The notes under the pieces were generated by a model. That model did no database searches. It was given only the letters and a program-made list of their open reading frames with translations, and had not been told where the DNA came from. A stretch of DNA of 64,000 nucleotides from an uncultured Chloroflexia bacterium. GTDB lineage: Bacteria; Chloroflexota; UBA6077; JACCZL01. How positions within the stretch are numbered: position 1 is the stretch's first letter; each line of letters starts with the position of its first letter. The DNA is taken from contig CAVXYC010000010.1 in NCBI GenBank assembly GCA_963765765.1, positions 224,001 to 288,000 of the forward strand, in the 5' to 3' direction. Of this stretch, positions 1 through 10,667 are shown one piece after another. The position numbers and the translations under genes were made by a program.

Positions 1-864
1 CTTCGCTACTCGGGCGTAGAAGCGATCGGTGATCTCCGCTTCAACGTCCCAATGCAGGTCGTAACCTTCGCCCTCGAGAACGAAGACGGCCTCATCAGCC
101 ATCTGCCAACGCTTGCCTGAGCGGCTGCCGCCGGGAATCTCCTGGAGGTAGGCGTCCACGCCTTTGATCCGTAGTGGAACACCTGCTCCGGCGAGCTGAC
201 GGACATAACCGAGCTCGGTCCAGACCCAGGGGGTCGCGTCTGACTTCATGACTTTGGGAAGAAGCTCATCCCCGGGCGGGCGAGCGGCCAGCCACTCCAT
301 CGGTGCTTCCCAGTTCTCATCGTCAGCTGGCTTCGTGCCGATCTTGCCCTGCTGCCAGAGGCCCAGGAAGAGCGCCAGTGGCTTCGGTTTCATCACCAGG
401 CAAATGGCGCGCTCTTCGGGATCCGGATTGTTGTGCCAGTGCACACAGTCATTGTGCACCGCTACGCAGTCACCCTTCTCCCATTCGTATCGCTGGCCAT
501 CGTGCATCTCATAGCCGTGGCCCTGGAGGACGTAAAAGAGCGCTTCATTCTGGTGTCCGTGACCGTCATTACGACCGTTTGGCTGAACGGTAACGAAATG
601 GACGTGCAGGCTCTGGGTGCGGAAGGTCTCATCTCCTGGATCAATGATCTTCCAATTCTCGCTTGTGCCCTCTCCCAGCGACGGAGTGAAGACGCGCGGA
701 ACCGTCTGCATCCGCTCGCGGCGCTCCTCGGTGAGCGTATAACGCATGCTGCCAATCTGGCGAACGTAGATGCGCTCCTTCTCGTAGTGGTCCTTGTAGA
801 TATGGACGTTGGTGTCCGTACGCTCCTGCGTCTTTGTCTGAGTTCGTTCCTGTTCTAAGGCCAT
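1..864 (-). CDS. Bicupin protein (gentisate 1,2-dioxygenase-like), 3' end runs off the window
   Basis: Not in the ORF track; manual translation from ATG 864 (AGGAG RBS) is open to position 1: MALEQERTQTK...DGHGHQNEALFYVLQGHG...VHWHNNP...GSRSGKRWQMADEAVFVLEGEGYDLHWD. Two cupin repeats. Confidence 0.8.
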   Translation of the reverse strand, partial: MALEQERTQTKTQERTDTNVHIYKDHYEKERIYVRQIGSMRYTLTEERRERMQTVPRVFTPSLGEGTSENWKIIDPGDETFRTQSLHVHFVTVQPNGRNDGHGHQNEALFYVLQGHGYEMHDGQRYEWEKGDCVAVHNDCVHWHNNPDPEERAICLVMKPKPLALFLGLWQQGKIGTKPADDENWEAPMEWLAARPPGDELLPKVMKSDATPWVWTELGYVRQLAGAGVPLRIKGVDAYLQEIPGGSRSGKRWQMADEAVFVLEGEGYDLHWDVEAEITDRFYARVAK

Positions 865-931
865 TAGGGCTCCTTCCTTTTTTTGATTTCGAACGAACGA
901 CCCCAGTCAACTTAAACCAGGGGCACTGTTC

Positions 932-943
932 GACTAATTAGTC
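932..943. promoter_or_regulatory. Perfect 12-bp palindrome GACTAATTAGTC upstream of the cupin gene, candidate operator
   Basis: AT-rich perfect palindrome in an intergenic gap of a GC-rich genome. Confidence 0.35.
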
Positions 944-961
944 TGGTTGCTTGCGCAGGTC

Positions 962-2154
962 CTATCTGAACAACGTGTTCTGCCAACGCTGAACGCGATC
1001 ACCTAGTTTGGCAATCGCCTCGGGAGTATCGTCTCGTGGAAGGATCTTCGTGGAGCCGATTGTGGCTTCGGGCTCGCCCGCCGTGACGCCTTTCCGCACC
1101 GGCCCCTGCCCTGTGGCGGCCAGGGCGTTCTGTCCTTCCTCGGACATGTTCCATTCAATCCACAACTTCGCGGCATTTGGGTGCGGAGCGTTCTTGATGA
1201 GCGCCATGCTGTTCTGTGTTATTCCGAGACCCTCTTCCGGTCGGACCTGCTTGACCGGGCGCCGGCCTTGCGCTGATTGACGATATCAGGTGCTCCTGCT
1301 GAAATGAACATGGCGTATTCACCGCGTACGGTGCCCGCGATCAGAGGACCGGCCTGAGTGGCAAAGAACGGCTGATTCGCGGCGAGCTTCTCGGACCAGT
1401 CGAGGCCGTAAAGCAGCTCCATGGGACTCAAGATCGTCCCTCCGGGACCGCTGCCCCGCGGATCGTCCATAGCAATCTTTCCGCGCCATTTCGGATCCAA
1501 CACGTCGTTCCAGGACTTAGGCTCTTGATCCGCGGGCACGAGGTTGGTGTTCACCATGATCGCGAAGATGCTGATGGTTCGTGAATTGAGATCGCCCGCC
1601 GCGGTCGCGAGCTCAGGGATAACCTGGTCTACCTGAGACGATTTGTACGGCTCGACGAAACCTGCCTCGATCAGCTCCTGCTGGGTAGTAAAGCCGGACT
1701 GCACGATGTCTGCGACGTAATTACGTCCGCGCTGTTCGGCAAATACCTTCTCTCGACTCTCGCGGCCGCGCTGGTCGACGCCTTCAACCTCGATGCCGGG
1801 GTAGCGCTTCTGGAACGCCGCCTTGATCGGATTTAACTGCTCCGGATCGCCAGCTCCGTAGATGACGAGCTTGCCTTCAGCCTTAGCTCGATCGTAAAAG
1901 TTCTGAGTTGCCGCCACCAGGCCAGGCTCTACTCCGCCTGTCGAAGCTGCCGGAGCTGCTCCCGTTGACGCTGCCGGAGATGCGGCCGCTCCTGGCGATG
2001 CCGCGGCCGCGGGTGATGCGGCCGCCGCTGGCTTGGATGCTTCAGTTGGCTTGGCGGGGGCGGATGTCGGCGTCGCCGCTACGGGCGGATTACACGCTAA
2101 GGCGCCGAGTGCTAGAGCGACGATAAATGGGACGAAACCAAACCTTGACCCCAT
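962..2154 (-). CDS. ABC transporter solute-binding lipoprotein (AfuA/FbpA-like), paralog 1; apparent frameshift near 1260
   Basis: ORFs 1219-2154 and 962-1207 join into one protein collinear with the intact paralog; lipobox LGALAC; SWNDVLDPKWRGKIAMDDPR and APHPNAAKLWIEW motifs. Confidence 0.88.
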
Positions 2155-2241
2155 GTTGCCTACCCCCGATGTGTTCCAGTCTATTCCCGTTGAAGGGCGA
2201 CAGGCGAGCGCTCTGGTCGCTCGCCTGTCGCAGGACTCTCG

Positions 2242-3456
2242 TTAGCGGAAGAGTGTTTCCTCCCATCGCTTTACGCGATCGCCGAGTCTCGCGATAGCCT
2301 CAGCTGTATCATCGCGAACCAGGATGGCCGAACTGCCGAGGGTCGCTTCTGGTTCGGTGGCGGCAACGCCCTTGCGGACCGGACCGAGGCCTGTGGCGGC
2401 GAGCGCTTTCTGGCCCTCCTCCGACAGGTTCCACTCGATCCACAGCTTGGCTGCGTTTGGGTGAGGCGCGTTCTTGATATGCGCCATGCTGATCTGCGTC
2501 ACACCGACGCCTTCGCTCATCCGAAGCTGCTTCACCGGTGCGCTGGCCTTGCGCTGGTTGATGACATCAGCGTGGTTCGATGAAAGATACAGTGCGTACT
2601 CGCCGCGAACCGTTCCATTTACGAGTGGTCCCGCCTGCGTCGCAAAGAAGGGTCTTTGCTCCGCGAGCTTGTTTGACCAATCCAATCCGTACGTCAGCTC
2701 CATAGGGCTGAGGATTGTTCCTCCCGGACCACTCCCGCGCGGATCGTCCATCGCGATCTTTCCACGCCATTTCGGGTCCAGCACGTCGTTCCAGGACTTG
2801 GGCTCTTGATCCGGCGGAACGAGGTTGGTGTTCGCCATGATGCTAAAGATCGTGATTGTTCGGGAATTCAAGTCGCCCGCCGCCGTTGCCAGCTCCGAAA
2901 TTACTTGATCGGTTTGCGGTGACTTATAGGACTCGACAAATCCAGCCTCGATGAGCTCCTGCTGCGTCGTGAATCCAGATGTGACGATGTCAGCAACGTA
3001 ATTGCGGCCGCGCTGTTCGGCGAAGATCTTCTCGCGACTCTCACGTCCTCGCTGGTCAACACCCTCCACGTCGATTCCCGGGAACCGCTGCTGAAAGGCG
3101 GCTTTGACTGGGTTGAACTGCTCTGGATCACCTACGCCATAAGCGACGACTTTGCCTTCAGTCTTCGCCTTGTCATAGTAAAGCTGCGCGGCCGCCGCCA
3201 GGGCAGGCTCCATAGCGCCAGTGGCGGAAGTGCCAGAATCGGCGCTTGCCGCGGGCTTCGTTGCAGGGGACGCCGCCCCTGGAGAAGCCGCCGCCGATGG
3301 TGACCCTGCTGCGGCAGGGGATGCTGCCGGTTTGGCAGCCTCCGTCGGCTTTGCCGGAGCCGCCGTGGGGCTTGCCGCTATTGGCGGATTACAGGCCACC
3401 AGGACAATGGCGGATGCGGCCAACAACGCGGCCGAGCGTCTCAACAACGGGGTCAT
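2242..3456 (-). CDS. ABC transporter solute-binding lipoprotein (AfuA/FbpA-like), paralog 2, intact
   Basis: Lipobox IVLVAC, Ala/Pro linker, same motifs as paralog 1; start set at ATG 3456 after GGAGGA. Confidence 0.9.
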   Translation of the reverse strand: MTPLLRRSAALLAASAIVLVACNPPIAASPTAAPAKPTEAAKPAASPAAAGSPSAAASPGAASPATKPAASADSGTSATGAMEPALAAAAQLYYDKAKTEGKVVAYGVGDPEQFNPVKAAFQQRFPGIDVEGVDQRGRESREKIFAEQRGRNYVADIVTSGFTTQQELIEAGFVESYKSPQTDQVISELATAAGDLNSRTITIFSIMANTNLVPPDQEPKSWNDVLDPKWRGKIAMDDPRGSGPGGTILSPMELTYGLDWSNKLAEQRPFFATQAGPLVNGTVRGEYALYLSSNHADVINQRKASAPVKQLRMSEGVGVTQISMAHIKNAPHPNAAKLWIEWNLSEEGQKALAATGLGPVRKGVAATEPEATLGSSAILVRDDTAEAIARLGDRVKRWEETLFR

Positions 3457-3495
3457 CGTTCCTCCAAGTTTCATTCCACGCAACGCGGGCGTAAT

Positions 3496-5258
3496 CTAAA
3501 TCGTGCTGCCTCGCCCGAACGCGCCAAGGCGTCGTGCAATGAGAAGACCTGCCCCATTGATCAAGAGGAGCACCATTGCCAGTGCCGCGACCGTTTCGAG
3601 ACGGCCAGCCTGGCTGTAACTGAATAGCGTCACCGCCAGGAGCTCAACTCCTGGACCGGTGAAGAGAATCGTGGAGCTAACCGCTCGCGAGAAGCCGATG
3701 AAGAGCAGCAGGAACGCTCCCGCGAAGGCCGGCTTCAGGATGGGTAGGACTATCGTCCAGAATGTTCGAGCCCAACTTCCACCAAGGACCCGCGAGCTCT
3801 CCTCGAGCTCCCGGCCAAGCTGAACCATGACGCCGGACATGAGGCGCACGCCCAACGGGAGACCGGTGGTGAGGAACACCAGGACTAGCAGCCAGATTGA
3901 GCCGTAAAGATCCTTGATACCGGGGATGCTGATGTACGCCCACAGCATGCCAAGACCAGCAACGACGCCGGGAATCGCCCAGGGTAACCAGGTTATCGTA
4001 TCCAGAGCTTTGCGGCCGGGATAATTTGTGCGCGTGCTGATATACGCAATCACGCTGCAGAGTGTCACCGCGAGCATCGCCGACCCGCCGCACACCATCA
4101 GCGTGTTTATGAAGCTGCGCCAGAGCACTACATCAGAGAGAATCTGCAGATAATTCTTGAACGTGATCTCAGATGGGTTCACGACTGACAGGTTTGGCAT
4201 CAGCGACGTGATGAGAAGCTGAGAGAGTGGCAATGCCGTGGAGATCAAGAAGAAGCCCAGGCACACGGCAAACGTGACCCATTTCCACGGACCAAGCCGA
4301 ATGATCTGTGGCTTGTACCCCTTACCCGTAACGACGAAAAACTCTCGGCCGCCAAGAAGCTTGTTCTGCATGAGAATCAAGCAGAATGTCAGAGCCACAA
4401 AGGTGACGCCGAGGGACGTGGCCAGGCCGTAATTCACGGGGTAATCGTATTGCACGGCTGCGTAGATGCGGTTGGAGAATACGAATACTTTGGCTGGTAG
4501 GCCGAGCAGCACCGGGACTTCAAACGTCTCCATGGCGCGGATGAAGCTCAGCATGCCAGCCCCGAGGATGGCTGGCGCCATCAAAGGCGTCGTGACACTG
4601 ATGGCCGTTCGGATCGGGCCTGCGCCCGACACACGGGAGGACTCCTCGAGCGATGCATCCATGTTGCGTAACGCGTTCACCATCAAGAGGAAGATGAACG
4701 AGGTGGATCCCACGGAGAGCACCCAGAGCATGCCGCCAAGACTGTAGATGTTGAATGGCGACTCACTCAGTCCAAACAAGTTCCTGAGAAATACATTGAG
4801 CACACCGGTATTTGGGCTGAGCAGCAAAATCCAGCCGATCGCTTCCAGGAGCCCGGAACGAAGATTGGAATCGTGAGCAGGACCTCCAGAGTGCCCCGAA
4901 ACGGCGTATCCGTTCGCGTCACGATCCAGGCCATCGTCAGCGCGAACACCACTGCGATGATCGTCTTGGCGCCCATGAGCAGCAATGTCGTGCCGAAGAC
5001 ACGGTAGGTACTCGGGTCGGAGTAGGCTTTGATGTAGTGATCCAGCGTCAGCGATCCATCGAAGCCGGGGCGGGCAGTCCAGAAACTACCAAAGAGCAAC
5101 ATGGAAATCGGGAACAGCACTAGCAGTCCCACAAACACGGTCACGGTGGACATGGCGATGAAGCCGGGAGTCAGTCTGAATCGCCGACGCCGTTGCGTTT
5201 GGCGCGCAAGCTCGATGGCTTCGGCTCGATCGAGCCCAGTCTCTATGGCGACGCTCAT
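3496..5258 (-). CDS. ABC transporter permease with two TM domains (AfuB/FbpB-like); apparent frameshift near 4850
   Basis: ORFs 4767-5258 and 3496-4827 join; two EAA loops ([20 protein letters not shown]). Confidence 0.9.
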
Positions 5259-6369
5259 GTGGCCACCTCCCGCGGGAGCAGTACGACATCGGACGGATCA
5301 CACGAGATAAACACGTGGTCTCCCACCGCGGCGCGCACATCGTGTCCAGCAACCACTGACATCTCTCGTTCACGGGCAGTAACGACGTATTCCCAGTGAT
5401 CGCCAAAATATGCCGCGGAAGTCACCGCGCATTCCCACGCGTTAGTGCCGCCATTCGGGCGCTGTCGAACCAATCTCAGGCGCTCCGGCCGAATGGAGGC
5501 AAAGACGGTTTGTGAAGCGCGGAAGCCAGCAGCTTCGGCCGACGAGCAACGCACCCCTTCATCGGACCAATCCACACTGAGAACGACCGAATCGTCGTCG
5601 CTTACCTCTCGAACCTGGGCGGGGAGCATGTTGATGGATCCCACGAACTCGCTGACGAAATGACTCCGAGGCTGTTCGTAAATCTCATGCGGCGTCCCGA
5701 TCTGCTCGATTCGACCTTTGTTCATCACAATGATACGATCCGCCAGCGCCATGCTTTCGGCCTGATCGTGCGTGACGAATATGCTGGTAATGCCTGTCTT
5801 CCGCTGAAGCTGCTTCAGCTCCGTGCGCATGTGCACGCGCAGCTTCGCATCCAGGTTTGACAGCGGTTCATCCAAGCAACAGAATGCGCGGCTCGAACAC
5901 CAGCGCCCGGGCGAGTGCAACGCGCTGCTGCTGGCCGCCGGAGAGCGCTGGTGCCGGGCGGTTCTCGTACCCCTCTAATCCGATAAGCGCCAAGGTCGCG
6001 CTCACCTTCTCGGCGATCGACTTCTTTGCCACGCCCCGCACTTTAAGGGGGTAGGCTACGTTCTCAAAGACGGTCATATGCGGCCAGATAGCGTAACTCT
6101 GGAACACCATGCCTAAATTGCGCTTCTCTGTCGGTACCCAGATGTTGCTGGAAGCCGAGCTGACTATGCGGTCGCCGATCGTCACGTCGCCCGCATCGGG
6201 CTCTTCGAGACCCGCCATCATACGTAGAGGACGTGGTCTTTCCACATCCGCTCGGTCCTAAAAGAACGAGTAGCTCACCGTCCTCAACGTCGAATGAGAC
6301 CCTGTCGACGGCGGTGACCGAGCCGTCGCTAAATAACTTCACCACGTCACGGAATGCGACCGCGGACAT
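5255..6369 (-). CDS. ABC transporter ATP-binding protein (AfuC/PotA-like, TOBE tail); apparent frameshifts near 6235 and 5880
   Basis: Walker A GPSGCGKT, signature [16 protein letters not shown] and VTHD spread over three consecutive ORF pieces. Confidence 0.9.
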
Positions 6370-6548
6370 CCCTCATCTCCTGGCGGCCACCGGGCCAGCC
6401 GCTTGCCTATTTTTGCTTCGTGGCTCCGCTAGCAACTGCCAGCGGCCCACTACTGACCGAAAATAATCGAGAGGCCCTCCCCCGGGCAACCATTAGGTCA
6501 CCAGGCCCTCCCACCGGTCGCGGCGCGGGGCCTGCTGCCTAAAGTGCT

Positions 6549-7706
6549 CTAAGGTTCGCCGAACGCTCTTACCGGATTCTCCCAACAGAGTTTTTGCTTC
6601 TCGGTGTCGGTGAGCGATGACCATCCCGTGACTTCATCTGCCGATGCTGGGAAGCGTGACTCAGCGTGCGGGTAGTCGGATCCGAACATAAGAATGTGGT
6701 CACCCATCATGGAATTGACCATCTTTACCATCGCTTCACCCTCGTGGATCACGATACTGGTGAAAAAGCGACCCCCGGTCAAATAGTCGCTCGCCTTCTT
6801 CTTGAGATCGTCTGAGACGTAGCCCATGTAGATGACCTGGTCGTTCATCCGGGCCGCCCAGAATGGCAACCAACCGAATCCGCACTCGAGCACGGCGAAC
6901 TTGAGATCTGGATATCGCTCCATAACGCCGCCGCCAACAAATGATGCAACTGCTCGCATGGCACCCCACGGATGCGACGCGGTTCGGCCGATGAACGGGT
7001 TGTCCCAGAGATCGCGATAGCCGGGGTAGCCGCCAGCAAAGCTGTGGTGAACGATTGTCAGGTTCCGCTCAGATGCGGCCTTCCAAATTGGGTCAAGGTC
7101 TGGATGATCCAAGGGATAGTCGAGCGGCAAGTACGTCTGCACTCCAACCGCCCATCGTTCGTCCCCCCAGCGCTTAATCTCCTCGACGCTTTCGTTCACG
7201 CACCGAGCCGTCGCCACGATGAGTGACTTGAGACGCTCCGGTGCTTTGCCGCAGAAATCGTGCAAGAAGCGATGATTCGCCCGGATGAACTCCATTTCGA
7301 CCTCGGGATTCGGGTGACCGTTGGCACCCGCTGGCACCATCATGTGCACGTCGATGCCCTCAGTGTCCATGTCCTTGAGTCGAATCTCGGCGATATCTCC
7401 ACCACCCTCGGTGGGTGCTTGGTGCCCATAAACTTCTGGAAATGGCGCTTTGCGTCCGGATCGGGGGCAGCGTCGCCGAGCTTTCGCGGCTTGCCCGGCG
7501 CCCCAACCGCCTTCACCACTGAACCGATACCAGTGTTTGTATGGAGGTTCGCGAACTTCCGCCGCCAGCCCAACGCGGATCTCCGCGCGGTGTTCGTTCA
7601 GATCTGGTACGAGCTCACGCACGCGAGCCGACAGATAAGGCTCCATCGTCTCAGCCCACGGCTGTACGTGCGTATCAGCATCGTAGATTTTGAAACCGTT
7701 GCGCAC
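6549..7706 (-). CDS. Amidohydrolase family protein (Amidohydro_2; decarboxylase/hydratase-like)
   Basis: DADTH, ECGFGW and GSDYPHAE motifs; GTG 7706 after AAGGAG; segment ~7420-7500 reads better in another frame (compensating indels). Confidence 0.85.
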   Translation of the reverse strand: MRNGFKIYDADTHVQPWAETMEPYLSARVRELVPDLNEHRAEIRVGLAAEVREPPYKHWYRFSGEGGWGAGQAAKARRRCPRSGRKAPFPEVYGHQAPTEGGGDIAEIRLKDMDTEGIDVHMMVPAGANGHPNPEVEMEFIRANHRFLHDFCGKAPERLKSLIVATARCVNESVEEIKRWGDERWAVGVQTYLPLDYPLDHPDLDPIWKAASERNLTIVHHSFAGGYPGYRDLWDNPFIGRTASHPWGAMRAVASFVGGGVMERYPDLKFAVLECGFGWLPFWAARMNDQVIYMGYVSDDLKKKASDYLTGGRFFTSIVIHEGEAMVKMVNSMMGDHILMFGSDYPHAESRFPASADEVTGWSSLTDTEKQKLCWENPVRAFGEP

Positions 7707-7849
7707 AGGGGTCTCCTTCTTATTTTCCGCGCACACATGCTAGCTCACGAATGGCTATTGCGCCAGATAGATCGAGCTGGAGAAGTCTGGACTCGTCGCG
7801 TTTCAGGAGCTGGATAGCGAATGTCGCATCCGACACTCCTCACTACGTG

Positions 7850-7886
7850 AAAAGCGGAGGCCGCTCTGGAGAGAGGCAGCCTCCGC
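7850..7886 (-). terminator. Probable intrinsic terminator after solute-binding paralog 3
   Basis: GCGGAGGC/GCCTCCGC stem followed by TTTT on the minus strand. Confidence 0.5.
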
Positions 7887-7906
7887 GCTTATGGATACGG
7901 CCTGGT

Positions 7907-9081
7907 CTACTTAAAGAATAACTCCGACCAACGCCTTGTACGCTCTTCGAGCGACTGGAAGCCGGCCGCGTCGTCATCACGAGGCAGGATCTGGGTGTTG
8001 ACCAGACTGGCCTCCTCGAGCCTCGGGACGATGCCCTGGCGCACTGGTCCGTAGCCTAGGTCGCCCAGCACCTGCTGGCCCTTTTCGGACAGAGTCCAGT
8101 CGATCCACATCTTTCCGGCGTTGGGGTGGGTTGCACCCTTGATCAGCGACTGCGCGATCGGCGTGAGCCCAATACCCTCGGCAGGGCGGATCTGCTTGAC
8201 CGGCGCACGGCCTGCTTCTGGACGATGACGTCCGTATGCTGGCCGGAGAGATATATGGCGTATTCGCCGCGCGCAACGCCAGCCCACAGCGGTCCGGCCT
8301 GCGTAGCAAAGAAGACCTGCTGGGGCGCTAGCTTGGCGCTCCATTCCTGGCCAAGCACCTGTTCCACACCAGACATGATCGTGCCGCCAGGACCAGAGCC
8401 GCGCGGGTCATCCATGGCCAGCTTGCCTTTCCACTTCGGGTCCAGCACGTCATTCCAGCTCTTTGGCTCCTGGCCCGCCGGTACGAGGTTGGTGTTCACG
8501 GCCACGGAGTAGATATTCACCGAGCGCGGATTGGAGGCGGCGTACTGAGGCTTCAGCTCGGGCACCACCTTATCGACGAACTGGGACCCAAAATTCTCGG
8601 TTACCTGAGCTTCGATGAGCGCGCCTTGGGTATCGGGACCCGAGATGGCCACATCCACCACGAAGTTCCTCGATTGCTGCTCCGCGAGAATCTTTTCGCG
8701 CGTCTCGCGCCCTCTCTGGTCCACGCCCTCTACCGAGATGCCAGGGAATTCTTGTTCGAATGCAGCTTTAACGGGGTTGAACAGCTCAGGCGGCCCCACA
8801 CCGTAGATAACCAGCTTTCCCTCAGCCTTTGCTGCATCGAAGTACTGGGCCTTGATCTTTGCGATCTCCTCGGCGGCTGCCGCCGCGCTGGTGTTCGATG
8901 CTGGAGCGGCCGCTGCCGGCGATGCAGCGGCCGCCAGTGACGAGCCGGCAGCCGCTGGCTTGGCCGCCTCGGTGGGTTTTGCGGGGGCCGCCGTGGGGGT
9001 GGCGGCGAGTGGCGGGCTACACGCGGCCATGAGCAGCGCAACCCCTGTCAGCATTGGGCCGATATGTCGCTTCACGATCAT
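7907..9081 (-). CDS. ABC transporter solute-binding lipoprotein, paralog 3; apparent frameshift near 8210
   Basis: ORFs 8143-9114 and 7907-8344 join; lipobox LMAAC; VEGVDQRGRE and DDPRGSGPGGTI shared with paralogs 1 and 2. Confidence 0.87.
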
Positions 9082-9373
9082 GCGGTCCATTCCCTCCTTA
9101 TTCGTACTATTCAACGCTTCCTGCTTGCCTGATCGTACGGACAGGGATGCGCCCAGGCCAAGTAATGTCGCGGCCTTGATTGCGATTTAGACGCTGACGA
9201 GAATGCCAGACTTGGTCAGGCTAGGCGCCAATCCGGATTCGCGTTGGAGGCTCGGTGGAACAGGAATGTCTCGCCTGCCCCGCCAAAGCGGATGTGACCT
9301 TCCTAGCCTTAAAAACGTGATCTCACAACCTCAGACGAGACTTCATCGGCATCGCTGCACCAGACTGCTCGTT

Positions 9374-10513
9374 CTAGCCCGCCGCTAGCATGTGGCATTG
9401 CACCCGTGAGCGCCGTTGCACGCCCATCGTCATAATCTGACGCGCGGGCCGGTCGTTCGGATCCGGGAAGATCTCACAGAATTCCTTATCAATGTGGCCC
9501 ACGTCATTGTGATCCTGAACAAGGAAGGTCAAGTGTCCGATGTTATCGGCGGACATGCCACCAACCTCCGCCAGCGTGCGCACGTTCCGTATACCAAAGT
9601 GAGCCTGGCCGGCTGCGCCGTCTACCGGCTCCAACTTGTCGTCGCTCTCGGGATCGACACCGGACACGCCGGATGAAGCGTACAGATCGCCGATGCGTGC
9701 CCCCATCGGAATCGGATCATGGTGACCGTGACCGGGGATCTCATGGTTGCTGCGCTCACCGCCCACGCGGCCGATGCACTGGATCTGAATCTGCCCGGCC
9801 ATCGGGTAACGGAATGTCTTTCGCGCAGCCTGATATTGACCGATGGGCCATGCTTCCAGGTAGACGTCCACCATGTATGGCTGGTAGGCGAAATCGCTCA
9901 GATAGACCCATTGCAGGACCACATCGTCGATGGTACCGCCGGCCTCCTCCATCACGATTCGCATGTTGTCAAATGCTTGGTCGGTCTGAGCGTCCTCTCC
10001 GATCACTGGCTCGGAGGTGGTCAGGTCCCAGGGCACGATGACAGACGTAAATATGTAGTCGCCGATGCGGACAGCGTTGGGCAGGGGATCGCGATGGGTG
10101 AGACCTTTGACCTCGATGCAACTGCGAGTCTGATTGATCACACCGAATGCTTGAAGCTCTACCCCCACGCCCTCAGGCATGGGATAGGAGGTCGTCTTAC
10201 GGGCGGGCCTGTCGGACTTATTGGGAAACAATTCCAGCCAGCCAGTATTGATATGGGCGCGGTAATCCTGGGAATCGATGAAGTTCGTGACCAACCCGAT
10301 GTTATCGGTGCTGAGTCCGGCCCCCTCAACCAGCGCAGCAAGATTGTGCCAGGCGTTCAGGAATTGTTCCGCGGGATCGTCTGGTAGCTCACCGGTCTTC
10401 AAATCGACGCCACCGACGCCGGACGTGAAGAACATGTTCCCGGTCTTGACCAAGTCGGGCGCAACAGAGCCCTCTCGAAGGCCGGGCAAGTTGTAGATGG
10501 ATCTCTTCCCCAT
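9374..10513 (-). CDS. Triple-domain Rid (YjgF/RidA/UK114) family protein
   Basis: 379 aa made of three ~125-aa repeats, each with a G-x-x-x-x-[TS]S segment, a Q-x-x-x-A/G-x-x-N helix and an Arg motif (DRPARKT, YQAARKT, DRPARQI). Confidence 0.82.
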   Translation of the reverse strand: MGKRSIYNLPGLREGSVAPDLVKTGNMFFTSGVGGVDLKTGELPDDPAEQFLNAWHNLAALVEGAGLSTDNIGLVTNFIDSQDYRAHINTGWLELFPNKSDRPARKTTSYPMPEGVGVELQAFGVINQTRSCIEVKGLTHRDPLPNAVRIGDYIFTSVIVPWDLTTSEPVIGEDAQTDQAFDNMRIVMEEAGGTIDDVVLQWVYLSDFAYQPYMVDVYLEAWPIGQYQAARKTFRYPMAGQIQIQCIGRVGGERSNHEIPGHGHHDPIPMGARIGDLYASSGVSGVDPESDDKLEPVDGAAGQAHFGIRNVRTLAEVGGMSADNIGHLTFLVQDHNDVGHIDKEFCEIFPDPNDRPARQIMTMGVQRRSRVQCHMLAAG

Positions 10514-10667
10514 GCGGGTGCTCCTTACAGGATGTAGTCAGTGAATAAGCTCAGCGAAGGGGTCCTGGACTGCGGAGCGTAGGAGCGCCGCGACCACTCC
10601 ACGGTTTCTAAATCAAGCAAAGACGTGGAGACGACGCCCCACATGCCGTCCTCCACGAGCCGTAGGG

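Noticed and set aside
1930-2080. Tandem DNA repeats in the 5' part of the binding-protein genes
   Set aside because: They are explained by Ala/Ser/Pro low-complexity linker codons and are not a DNA-level array.
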